Below are positions 17,954 through 31,000 of a DNA stretch of 64,000 nucleotides, piece after piece (within the stretch, counting starts at the first letter, position 1; each line of letters starts with the position of its first letter). This DNA is from Phoronis australis. Its lineage: Eukaryota; Animalia; Phoronida. Made by a program: the position numbers and the translations under genes. The stretch spans positions 124,001-188,000 of the forward strand of contig NMRA01000580.1 in NCBI GenBank assembly GCA_002633005.1, written 5' to 3'. The notes under the pieces are model-generated. The model was not told the origin of the DNA, did not search any database, and saw nothing but the letters and a program-made list of their open reading frames with translations.

Positions 17954-20900
17954 CCGGGGATGTTTGTAGTCATAGAGAAGTATTGGAGGAACACTCAACT
18001 TGGAAGAACCAAAGAAATGGTGTGACTAAGTACTGTACAACTTATACATGAAATTGATTAAAATTAGTCCAAGATTTGACATGCATTGGAATTTTCTGAG
18101 GGGAGCGTTCACTTATTGTAAAGGAATCGGTACAGGGGAGATGGCCCCCTGCGTTCCCCTCTACTACAGCCTTGTGGGAATAGCATTTAACACTACTGGA
18201 GCGTTGAGACTTTTTTTTCATTTTTATACGTTGAGATTTTATCAGGAAAAGAAAAGACGGTGTTAATACTTTTTCCCGGGCTTCCTTAATATTTGTAATG
18301 GATCTTTGACGTATTTCCTTCCGTGTGATTTGGAATTTTTTACATTATTTCATAACCTTGCACGTTGAAATATCGTGATAATGAAACTTGAATTGTTATG
18401 TTGTAAATGTTCTATCGATGTTGAAGATTGTGGGCAAGTAAAAATCCATTAACACACGTTTGTAAAGTTCTTTTTTAGAATTTTATTGTAAATGTGTACG
18501 TGCATATACTTGCAGCTTTTAATCCTACAAAGAAAATGAATACAAATGTCTAACTTATGAATAAATTGACCCTTAAAATTTGCAGTGTGGTAGCATCTCC
18601 AAATGTTTTGGCTTTCAACGTCAGGAACTTATTGGTTTTGCGATTCTAATTATTCAAAAGCTCTCCATAAAAGAAATCTGAGAACTTGTTCCAGCAGCTT
18701 ATGTTGTCAAAAACAGCAGGAATCTACCACCGGTTTCAACTCCACTAAGATTCTCGTGTAGCCGCAGAGAAACTTTGAAATATGGGTGCGACCATATTTG
18801 ATCTACTTTTCAGTTGTATGGCGAAACCAAAATTTTGTGAGTCCCCAGTGATATTTAATGTGGCTAGATATTGTAGATGATGAGACTGATAAAGGAAAAG
18901 AATATCGCCTTTAATTCTTCCGGCTTTATAAATCCAGATTATCAAATGCAAATAAACAGAGAGAACTCCGTGACCACCTACCAGTCAAAGTTTAGCATGC
19001 CTGAGGGCGATGGTACCAACAAATGGACCAATCATATTTTCATGTTGACTTTCCCAATGTGCTACTGTCAGACACGAATGAGTAACGAAAACCCCTCAAC
19101 CAATTTCCAAGTTGTGAGAATAATATTGTACTAATTGTCTATCATGGTAGAGTTTTACTCGCAAATAAACAAATTCGTCGTTATTGTACGATTCCTGACA
19201 TCAAAGTGACCATGACTATGTTTTCCGGACAAAATGAAACCCCAAATTTACTTGCAATGACAGATATACTTCTGAGACATTGGATTTAATTTCATGCCGT
19301 AGCAATAAACATAGCAATACTATTAGATGACGGACATCATCATTCATCCAGCAGAAAGAGCTGTATGGGGCTCCTCGATGTGAGGGATTTTTATGGTAGT
19401 TTCCGGAGGTTGTGATTTACAATTTTTCTCGTCAGGTAATGATCAGTATTACCACTGTTATGACAGTGACGGGTCTACGGACGGAGTTCAGTCGTTTTAA
19501 CCGCCAAAAATGCTTTTAAAAGGTGGATTAAAGAACGTAGCTGGCACAACGAAATCGTAGGCCCATCCCTGTGTAGTGATAGTGTGTTTTACAATCTTAA
19601 TTGAATCGAAATGATTTGCCGCAGACGCCAATGATCAACATTTGTGCAACGAGTTTTCATTATTGCGTTTTCTCGACTCCTGTCAGAAACCAATAATGTT
19701 GCTAAGGATGCATTGGGGTGTACATTTTTTCTTATTTACTATCGAATCAACACACCGACACTTACAACAATCTCCACCACACAAATCTACCAACTAATCG
19801 AATTAACTGTCAATAGCAATGGCTTCTCTTGAAAATACCAAAATATTATTTTAAAAAACGTTACAAGTATTTCGATCGGCCGCCATCTTGTTAGTCAAAA
19901 CGTTGGGCTTCGCGAAGTTAGCCAATTACGCACGTGTTGCGTGTGTGAGTGTTATTGTACCGCTCGGAAGCCTTTGAATCTTGCACCTAATGATCCCTGC
20001 TGGATAACATCGAGTTGGTTGAACCCAGGCCGTTTCGCTGCTATTAATAAAACAAATTTATAACATGAATGAAGCCCGCCTGTTTTTGCACTGTTCATCC
20101 AGTTTGGACGTGGTTTGCTCACTCACTCGTGATTCGAGACTGAAAACGTGACGTCATGCTGCAAGAGTTGAGACAATGGCGGGTGTTACCGTATTTATTT
20201 TCAAGTTCAATTAGCTAGTGAGATCATGATTCACATGACTCAGTGTTAGCGTATCAACTCTTTCTAAACCACGATTATGCTTATTAAAAATTGTCTTTTT
20301 GCTCTATGCCGAAATCGAAAAAGTATCCATGTGAATGATTATTATGTAACCACATTGAAACGCTGTCCACATTTGTCTAAGTAAACGCATGCACATGTGG
20401 TCCTATCAACTAAATAATCGAAATTGCAAAACTTGTGGTGTAGACGTCAACAAATTTAAATTTGATATTTCGGTAGAGAAACATAATGATTAAGGCTGAT
20501 TGACGAGGCAACATGCATGTATCATCGCAAATAAGGTCAGTGTAAAGGAATACACATTTGATCGAAATAGAAAAAATACATGTACTTTGAATACTCTGTA
20601 TGAACACTTGTAACTTGTAAACTGACTCTGGCCCAGACCTTGTCTGTGAAACCACTGTTAGCCTCGTCAGTCATAACCTTGCTGTCCGACAGAGCTCCTG
20701 AATCACTGTTTGTTTTCTTTCAAAAGGTAACGAGGCGGACCGATCAAAACATTTCACGATCACCTATCGTTTCATTCCTACCATCAAATTCCAAACAAAT
20801 TCAAGTTCCAAGGCCATGAGTTGTTATGGGAACCAAACCCTGCATGTAAATGCGAGTTGTTGTCAGCCACATGTTTAAAAAAAGTGTTTCATTTGGGCCC

Positions 20901-22697
20901 GTGAACGCGAATGAAAAATAGATCTTATTTAAGAAATTTCGCCAAGTAAACAGTCACTCAAGTGTGTACTACATTTCAGAGGTGTCGTTTTTCATTAGAT
21001 TGTCTAACTTTGACATCGTATAAAGAACCACCTTCAGCTTGAACAAAACAACGTGTATGTCATGAGCATGGGTAGATCTTGACTTGAGTTTCTTCGCAGA
21101 AAACTGAAACTCACACGGGTGATTAACACTAAAATTCTTTGAAAGATAAAAGTATGACCGGAAATGGGTCAAATAAAGGCAACCTCTTTCGATCGGGATC
21201 AAATCAAACAATTAAACGAAATCAATGTCTGTTTAAAGAACGAAGAGATTCTTATACACTTATGACGGTTGATACAGATACATGTTTCTGCACAGCAAGC
21301 GCAATACGGAACCTTAGTGTACTGGACAAGTAGTCGTGGGTTATGTCATTATTCTAAACTAAATTAACGGAAAAAGCAGGTTCTTTTCCTTTATTTTGTG
21401 TGACTTCTGGAGCCGAATCATTTATCAACCTCAGAAATTCATATTATAAGCAGGCTTTGACACAATTTTTACCAATCACTATTTTCACGAACTAAGGTAT
21501 ACAGATATTCACAAGATAGCCCTTGAAGTACCATCCGCGAAGGTCGCATTGTCGCAAAGAATTGCTAATCCCTTACGTATAATGGCCTCTGCGTGCAGAT
21601 TGCCACAGTTGCAACATACAAATACGAACTGAAATATATGGCGTGGTCTGCGAACATACAAAAAATAGATGAGTTGAACTGAAAAACTCTGCTTTCTGTT
21701 GTTTATGAGCTGCAATATGGATTCCGTTTATGTGTTTACGTATTCCACATTGAATTTTCAATACCTCGACATTATCTAGACAATAAACGAAACACTATTT
21801 TAATAGTTGCTTGATCAGTGCAACGACACTAACGCACACTCCTACACTATGATCAAAAACCCAGCATCCACGTAAGGGTCACATTTTTTCAATTTGGAAT
21901 CTATGGTTTTCATTAAGACCACTACCCCATATATTTTCAAATGCTACTCCTTCAAGTATTATTCTACCAGTATCGTTTATTCTCGAAAAGCACAACTGGG
22001 TTCGGATGACTAAATCGCATATTTGGGGCAAAAAGTAAGTTAATTAGTTTGATTGTCGACTGAAAACAATTATATAGATGCGAAGCGAATTCTGTACTTA
22101 ATGACCCCCCGACGGGCAATCTCTACGGTGTGCCATCAGACCGCGTTTTTTTTTCTTCAGATTTTATAAATTGTTCGAAGCTGTTCCGACTTGCGTCAAA
22201 ATCTTACTGAGGCAGGCCACTTTTCAGTATAAAACTAGATTGGATTCTGCAGACGAGAATCTTGCAAAGGAAGCTTAATTGTGCATATCACATGCTTCGC
22301 TTATCAAGGCGATATCTCGCCTAATCTTAATACGTAATTTTGTGTTTTTGCGAGGTTCTCGCCACTACACAACGCACGCTTGTCTCAACTTATTCCTCGC
22401 GTAGACTACAGACGATTACAGATATGGGGGATGGAATGATAGTTCGCTATTACTCTAGATCAAGCACACTAAGTTGGCTTGTCAAGGTGCGCCGTTATAC
22501 GCTGACCATGATATCAAGCAACTATCGGTTCTTTCCACGACTTGAGATTAATAAGTAACAGACTAGTTTCAGTTCGCAACTATATAATCTTAAAATCAAG
22601 TTAGTTGACATTTTGAATGTTGGCGGTAATAATGGCGATTAGGAAAGTCAATCGTGAAAAGACAATAAAGGACTGTATACTCACATCTATACATGTA

Positions 22698-23131
22698 CCG
22701 TAGATAAACCAACCCGATGAAACACCCATGGGCCTTTATTCGAAAAATTTTTCCGGATAAACGCCCATGTTACACCTTCTGTTGTCAAGTGCCCAGATTG
22801 TGGGGGCGTTTATTCGGAAAATGTTCTCTTAAAAGCCCACTCATCGTCAACTTGTAGTGACAAATTCAGTTTTGTGGAGCATGCGTTATTTATGAAAACG
22901 GACAAAGTGTTCCAGGTGAACTATGTAACATAAAATTTCAGAAAGTCAGTTTAAGTAAAAAATGTCAAAGTCAGGAAGCCCCTTGATCTAAGCCTACATG
23001 TATTCAGTCCATGCTGGCATTTGCGTAGCCAAAACTATGACTTTCCGTTAACATGTTCCCTTTTTTCCGACTAAAGGCCCGGGCCTTTATTTTATGTTAC
23101 TAAAACGCCTGAACATTTTCATTATCTACGG
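22698..23131. mobile_element. Possible pogo/Tc1-mariner-type MITE (CCGTAGATAA termini)
   Basis: TA|CCGTAGATAA at the left end and TTATCTACGG at the right end (right TA not intact); internal GGGCCTTTATT subterminal repeats. Confidence 0.45.
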
Positions 23132-24033
23132 AAAATCCCGGTAAGTATCGGTGGAAATATCGTTAAAAAGCTGTATCACTTAGACAATATGAATACCGCA
23201 TCGCCCATAGATAAATCTGGACCCCTGAATGTGCATGCCCGTGAACAAACGTTTGGAGACAGAATTACCGTTTTCAATATTTATTATGTAATCCAAAAAT
23301 GATCATAGAATAAATAAATAGTCCATTTATAATGGTAAAGAAATTGAAGTTTCTCGTGAAATCATGAACTGAACAATGACTTCGGAATGAACGTTATTAA
23401 CATTGTCTGTTTTGGATCGACTTTCCCTTGTCATAGGACAAAAAATGTTAATCCTTCTGCACAACAAGATCCCGTAGCTTTACTTAGCTGTACATAGAGG
23501 TCGCTCATGTACCGTGTGCAACGGCGGAAGTATCGTCTGTGGAGCGGGCGATGAGTGAATTATTCTGGCGAAACGGCTACTGTTGTTGAGAGAGCTCGGA
23601 CACGTAATTTTGCTTTGAATGATTTGTTGGAAGGATATTATGCCCTTGTGAATAAAACGTTTTTCTTAGTTTGTTTCAGACAAACCTGAAGCACAATGTT
23701 TTACATAAATTAGTCGCATTGATTGGCCTTGTGTTCCGCTTAAAGACAGCAAAGCAAAATTGTCTTGCTTTTGATAAATGCGATGTTTTTAAAACTCTCA
23801 CTAGAAAAGACGATTTATTGTATCTCACCATGATTGAATCTATTTTTCAGCTCAATAATCAAAAGACATTTTGAAGTACCACTATAGCAGACAACCTAGT
23901 AATGAAGTCCACGCACACTACAACTAAGTTATTCATCTCGACTGTACACGAACTCGATGGAATGGAGAACAACGAAATGAGTGTCGATTGCTTACAGAGA
24001 CATCTATCTGCAGTGTAAAACAATAAGTAAACA

Positions 24034-24124
24034 GCCTAGGGGTTATCCAGCCTCGTCCCCTAGCCTCAAGATAACGCTGATCGGTTTAGCCATTTGAGGC
24101 TAGGTCAGTGGGACTACCCTAGGC
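24034..24124. repeat. Short foldback hairpin
   Basis: Outer GCCTAGGG/CCCTAGGC and inner CCTAGCCTCAA/TTGAGGCTAGG inverted repeats. Confidence 0.6.
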
Positions 24125-26436
24125 GCAATGAATCACCGCTGCCTTGACGTTATTAAAACAAATGCAGATTTTAATTATTTTCACAAGCGTTGTTGCTGCC
24201 ATACATGAAGCAGAAGGCATTGTTTTGGTTATTGTTTTAAATAAAGGTTGTTTGCGTATTTATTTTCAATTCCTTTTTAATTAATAGTATCAATGATATA
24301 ATCGATCTGTTTTGAATAAAAATACCTCAATTTTGGAATAATTCAGACCTAAATTACTGCAATATCCCGTTAGTATTCATTTTTATACTACACTACAGAA
24401 AATTTCTATTACTCGTGATATTACGGCGATTTCCATAAAAATGTGTCAGAATAGGACCATCCCAAATTACACAGCGACACTTGAATAGCTCGTTGTATTT
24501 ACCCGCCGCGGCAATGCCGTAAACATTTGGTGCCTCATTTTAGTGCCAGTGAAATTTCACGGCGAAAGTTTGATTCAGGCAACATTACTAGGATTTGAAG
24601 TGATTTCTGGGTCTGCCAGAACTGACAGTTTGTTGACACTATCGGCTTGGGTTTATAATCATGGTGCTATAGACAGGAGATACGGCTCGTGAAAAGGTTA
24701 TGTTCATCAGATGAAAAAGTAAATAAGGAGATAATCCCAGAGCACGAGAAAGAAAATATAGCATGTGATAAAGTAATTGTGTGTAAAAACCCAAGTACAT
24801 CACATCGACGTGGAGACCACGAACCACCCCAGTGCCGGACACGCAATGCAAATCCTCAGAATTGCGATCCCAAACCACAACACAAACAGAGACGCCGAAA
24901 GTTCTCCGTACCAAAATCCAGATGAGGAATCTGGTACCAGGGACTGAAGTTTGGTCATAGGCTGTGGTTCATTTTCGGCGTATTTGTAGAGTAAGGGGCG
25001 AGGGTCGGTCCCGTGACTTGTACCACGGGTTAGATGTTTGCCGGCCCGGGACTGGAGCTCAGATGTTCGTATCTGGATTTTAAGTCCGAGAACGAAACAA
25101 TTGCCTGAACAAACGCAACTTGTTTCATGGACGGCGTACTATAGACCCCCGTGTATTTGGGACACCACTCTTCTCGAGATATTGGAATGCATCACAAGCT
25201 AATCGAATGACCAGATTTGTTATCGTTCGCTCATCCCGATTCACGTTACATGCCCCTGATTCTGATAAAAAGGAATTTGACTGACGCAGTCATGTAAACT
25301 AGATATGCCAACGATTCGTCTTGAAACCCGCTATTTCTGATGTTGTTCAGGCCAAAATATTCATTGCCGTAACTCTTGTTCTCCCTTTTTAAGCAGCGCC
25401 AAACCCAACTTCCGCCACAAAAATACTTGATTTAGACCATTTACCATTACAAAAGTGGGTCTCATAATTGCTACTTTGTCAAATTGGAGATGATTTTTTG
25501 GGCTTCAAAAGAACTGATAGTTCGTTATTAGTTGATAGGAGGCGCTGCACGTTGACTCGTCACCAAACGTCATTTCATTTCCCGACATTGGTCTCGAGGA
25601 ACAATGGGCTGTCAGATCACTGCAAGAACAGACGTCACTTGCCATCAAAGTAAAGAACGGTCAAGTTGAGACCATTTACATAGCAGCAAGTGGTCTGCAC
25701 TAAAAATTCGCTTCTTCAACTAACACAGGCTCACAGCTGCCTTTAGCTGACCCTCACCAATCTCAACTGGTATCACGTGACTCAAAAGAAAATACGCATG
25801 TGAATAAAGACCAGAATCAATTAGCCTTTTCTGGCCTCAAAGTTCATTAAAGAAAAACAACACAACAATTCTAAATCACTCCATTTCATTGATGAATCCA
25901 GGAACACTACAGTCTGACAAGTGTGCTGTACAAGTCTACAAACATGCATCACACCCAACCCCAAACGACATTTGGTTAGCTGAAAACAAAACTGAGCATC
26001 CAGAGAGAACAAATCAATACCGGAAATCCTACAAAAACATTTTCCCAGTGCAAATGCTTTAATTCTCCTCGATGCTTAAGCACTGAAATCCATTTTCGTA
26101 TCAAAAGATATTCACTTCAACATGCAATGCTCAATACCAACCAGCAGTAATAACACCTAAACCTACACTAGATGGCGCTAACACTAGGTCCCTTTTATTT
26201 TCTGAAGAAACTGAGAATGCTACTCTTACCATGAAGACATTCACATAACAAAGGGTCGCACGTGACTACCTGAGTGCAAGCATGTTAACAGGTAAGATAA
26301 GGGAATCACTAGAACATTATGACCGGTTTGAGCAGGTACAGCTTCTTTGAGATAGGCTAGAACAGTAAAGATCATTCGATACACAAAACTGAATTCAGCG
26401 CTCGCATCCCACTAGCACTTCAGGGCCAAATAAGAA

Positions 26437-26670
26437 AAGAGCACACTTAAATGATGATAACACAAATATGAGCTTAATTTTTTGGCATTGGTACCACCGG
26501 GAAGGTGAAATTATGCATTTAATTAAATAATATATACACCTCTAGCTGCGCAATTGATCAAAGAAGAGCACACTTAAATGGTGATAACATAAATGTGAGC
26601 TTAATTTTTTGGCATTGGTATCACCCGGAAGACGAAATTATGCATTTAATTAAATAATATATATGCACCT
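26437..26670. repeat. Tandem duplication, 127-bp period, 2 diverged copies
   Basis: AAGAGCACACTTAAATG...ATTATGCATTTAATTAAATAATATATA at 26437 and 26564. Confidence 0.85.
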
Positions 26671-28085
26671 AACTGCACATTCAATAAATATAATATAGTG
26701 AAACATTTTTGTTGCAATCCAGAGCAAAGTTGCATACAACTACTAAAGCTGTTATAAACCACATTACATCACAAAAAAAATCATTTACATCACTTCCCAA
26801 AACGAAATTGGTCTTCAATTGTTCCTTAGTCAAAACATGTAATTTCTGTGCTCACTAAAACTGGACAGTTCTTTATAGTACGAGACCAGGCTCTACAAAT
26901 TTGCTTTTCGTGACGTGTCATTTTGTTTAGCGAACATGGTTTCGAGCAGTAGCAAACTTTCGGTTCTCTGCAAGACCCAAAATCACTCCGCATCTGAGTA
27001 AGGAACAAGCGGAGACCACGAGTGATCAAAACTGAACGTTAGTTTCTCGGATGGAACGCAGGTTTGATTGCACAACAGTAAGACCCTTGTTTGAGTGTTG
27101 CTGTGATATACTTGAATGACCTCACAGCTGATAAACGTGGCGTAACTTTTTGCAACTGAGCTCTGAGTCACAGAGTCCACTTTCAGTGTATTCAATGAAG
27201 CCACTCATCTAACAGAATTGGATCAAAAAATTCAACAAAAATACAACTTCATACACAGCACTACTCATGCCATCAACACAAGAGTCGTGAAAAGACGACG
27301 ATTCAAAGCAGGTAATCCTCAATGAATACTCTTTTGAAAAATAGCTAGAAAGTTAAGTTAGCTGCCCAGAAAAAAACAATATGCACGACAGATACTAAAA
27401 TGAGATTTTTTTCTGAGAAGCATACTTGGTATTATGCTATTTTATGATGTAAAAACAATATCTTAACGACTCGAGTAAATAACATGGTACCAGTCCAAGG
27501 GACACTACTTGACCATAATGAGCATGTTTACCATAGCGCGCATATACGGAGCTGTGCTTACATCCAAAACACAGTAAAACAAAGAAAATTTTCACAAAAA
27601 CTATGTGTGACGCAAGACGTATCAGTACAAAATGGTGCATGTCAACATGTATTAGATTTAACACTAACCACTTTAATTATGAAAAGCAGAATAGACAAAA
27701 ATCATGAAAAACATTCAATTAGCAAAATGCACTCAAACAATGGGTAGCTGCCTGTGTTTGTAAGTAAGCAGAGACACAGGAGTCTTTCTGTGAAAAATAG
27801 AGACAAAAGTTCAACCCGCATAACATGTACAGTCCTAAATACGCACATACATGGTATCCAATTTCTAGATAGCCTCCTTTTACTGAAAAACCTGGAGCAC
27901 ACACCTTATAAGCAACAAGTTGAGTCATATTTATATATACAAAATAAAGACCAAAAAAGTAGGTCTTGAGAAAAATTCAAGGTTAAAAAACATTATGTAA
28001 ACATTGTGCGGGAAGAAAATGAGACAACAAAGGGAGATTCTATACATACATAGCAAAATGAAACTAACCCCTTACAGAACCAATA

Positions 28086-31000
28086 CTATAAGTCCACCGA
28101 GGAGAGGTTACTTGCATTGTAATTAAGCACATCCAAAATGGTGGATGTAGCTGTGGCGACACCTGTTGAGAACATGGAGTTGTTCATGCTTGAATTGTAC
28201 AAGCTTGCATTCAGTGTAGCGTTGAAAGGACAGCCAGCAAAGGGTTGTTCAATAACCAGGACCGCTGAAACAGATTTTTCAATCGTGTATTAATTGTTGT
28301 TTTAGCATCCTACAACCTACGGTGTCATGCAGTGAATATAAACTGTATAATGGATGATGAAAAGAAAAGAACAAGTTTGAAAACATCCCAAAAATAATTC
28401 AGTAATTATTAAATAGCTAATAAAAAAAAATTTTATGGTCGTGTCACACAAACAACGGAAATTAATCAAGCAGCCACTGATACAGAGAAAGAGCAAAAAG
28501 TCATGTTGTACTAGAAATGTCATCATTTTGTAGTGAATGTGTGATGCTTTGACAGTGGTGATATTTTCTGCAATCTAAGACCACCTCAACAATTATGACA
28601 TTAGGTACGTCAGACTTCACCTGACGACTCTCCAATTTACTTAGATATTTTGAACACTTCTGTACACTAGGCAATCCATGAAAGTGCTCTGATGTGTTAC
28701 AGTGACTTCAGTTTCTTACCAGCGACGCACGCGGTCATGAAACATGCTATCGTGCCGGCGATGAGAGCACGGATTACCAACTTGGCAAGATCCTTTGAGC
28801 GAGTAGGCACCATCGACCCAATACCACCCAGCTGAATGCCGATGGAGCTGAGGTTAGCGAACCCACACAAGGCATAGGTGCAAATGACTTCAGAGCGAGG
28901 CTGCAAGAAAAGCACGTGTCAAAGTCATTCAAGATGAGGAAGAGTAACCACGACTCGTCACACCGCGATATGTCAAACAAAAACGATGACCTCTGTCACA
29001 TGTTAACAACTGAGGCCAAAGTTTCCCACGACATAAACTCCCCATAAGTTGAAATGTATAACTTAAATCCACAGCAAACCAGAATTGTCTTAGTGTACTA
29101 TTCGTAAACGAGTCACCGATCCTCGATAGTATGCTGTGCATTGTTTTCATGCAAGTGACACAGTGCAGAATGAGCTCCAGACGACCTCTAACAGAACGCC
29201 CCTTCCTATGGAGAATGACTGGGTAAGGTAAAAGCATATTACCATACAGTCCATAGTCATGTGTTAACAACCATAAAAAGCAGTAACTGTGCAACATGAA
29301 CATGAGATGGTGCTACAAAATCATACTTATACCTAAAGCAAAACAATCACATGGAATGGTGAACAAAAATAGCTTAATAAAATAATGACTTCATTTGTTA
29401 TTTAAACACTTTTCAGACTGTTCAAGGGGCAACTAACCCACACCTGCAGTCAAACGCTAACTTTTGATTTAGTTCACTTACTGTTGTGAAACTTACATCT
29501 TCTTGATCCTGACTGAGAAGCGATTTCCAGGTTTGAGAGGAACAGACAGAACGGAACTGCTACAGGCCTTGCCCATTAATTTGCCACTCACCGTGGCCGG
29601 GTTAGTTTAAGTCGTCAATGTGGCATTGCTATCAGGGAAATTCCAGGCGATTTGTTATAAGCACGGTTGAAACCAAGGATAAGCAAACAATAATGTTGCA
29701 TTGGAAGAGCGAAAGCATCTGTCAGGAGAGTTGATGTTTTAACACCAGAACAACATCTGAGGCTTTCACATTCAAAGCAAAATTTCCCCAGACTCCAGTG
29801 CCCGGTTGCATGAAACAGTCCCAAATAGGGACTCAGCTGAGTTCCCTAAATCTACTGCGTGTCTGTGGAAAACATTGATCGTCCTATCTTATGCTGCCTT
29901 AGTATCATTACTATGCCAATTTTTAGCTTTGATACAAGTTGAGAGTAAACAATACACTGAATCCTCAATATTATTGAAAATAAGTAGGGATCTTTTCACG
30001 CAACACTCCCAATTTAAGGACTAAGTCCCTTATTATTTTGATTGAATTACGGGCTCAGTTTTTAGTAATATTATTAGAAAACGCCATTAGTCAAAGAAGA
30101 GCTCATGACAGAGATAAAATTCTAGAAAAATGTTACATCTTTGCCTAAAGAACAAAACAAATACAAAGAAGATTTAGGTAAATTAGTTGAGTCCCTATTT
30201 GGGACTGTTTCATGCAACCAGCCACTGATCCCCGCATGCAACTCACCGAGATGTATGGATGGACGCATTTCTCACGATTCTTGATGTAGCGCGACAGTTC
30301 CTGGTAGGCTACAAACTCGTTGAGGAATGTCTTTGTGCCGAGCAGCTCGGCAACAATTCCAGCATCTTCCCAATCAACGCCCATCAGGAAAGCGATGGGC
30401 ATGAACACATAGGAACAGATCAGCTGAAATTCACCAAACATACCTAGTATTAACAGAACAGCAGTGACAGTTTAAGGACCAGTAGTCATGGGAGTAGCCA
30501 TCAGGTGGATCTCTGAGGTAACTCCGGTGGTTGACTTAATAACTGATGTTATGTCACTTGAGATTGGCAGGAGACAAGAGCCCTCTGTAGATCATCCTGG
30601 GAAGTTAGAGGCAATATTTCAACAGCGTTCATACAGAACTGTTAACAGCTATCAAAATGAACTCAAGCTACACAAATCGAGGCCAGGTGCATAAAACTGG
30701 AACATTGCGTTTCTCAATGGTGGCATGAGAGACATCATCCAAGCATGATTCACTGTTATTGTGTTATGAAAATCGATACCTTTTTCATATTAAGTGTACT
30801 CAGCTCATCAACCTAGTGACAAGAACACCAGTGTAACATCAAACAGAAGACAACTGAAACAACAGCGATTGCAACCTCATCTTAGGTTCACAGCTAATGT
30901 GATTACTAGGTCAAGACACACATGTAATTCAGTGGCCAGTCCTGCTTAATTGTTGAACATATTAGGTATTACTGTGCATTAAACCATCTCAAGCTTGGTT

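Noticed and set aside
24955-25060. LECT2/M23 peptidase-like fragments (GCGSFSA, YHGLDV)
   Set aside because: Motifs are in different frames with stops and no downstream HxH region; compatible with chance.
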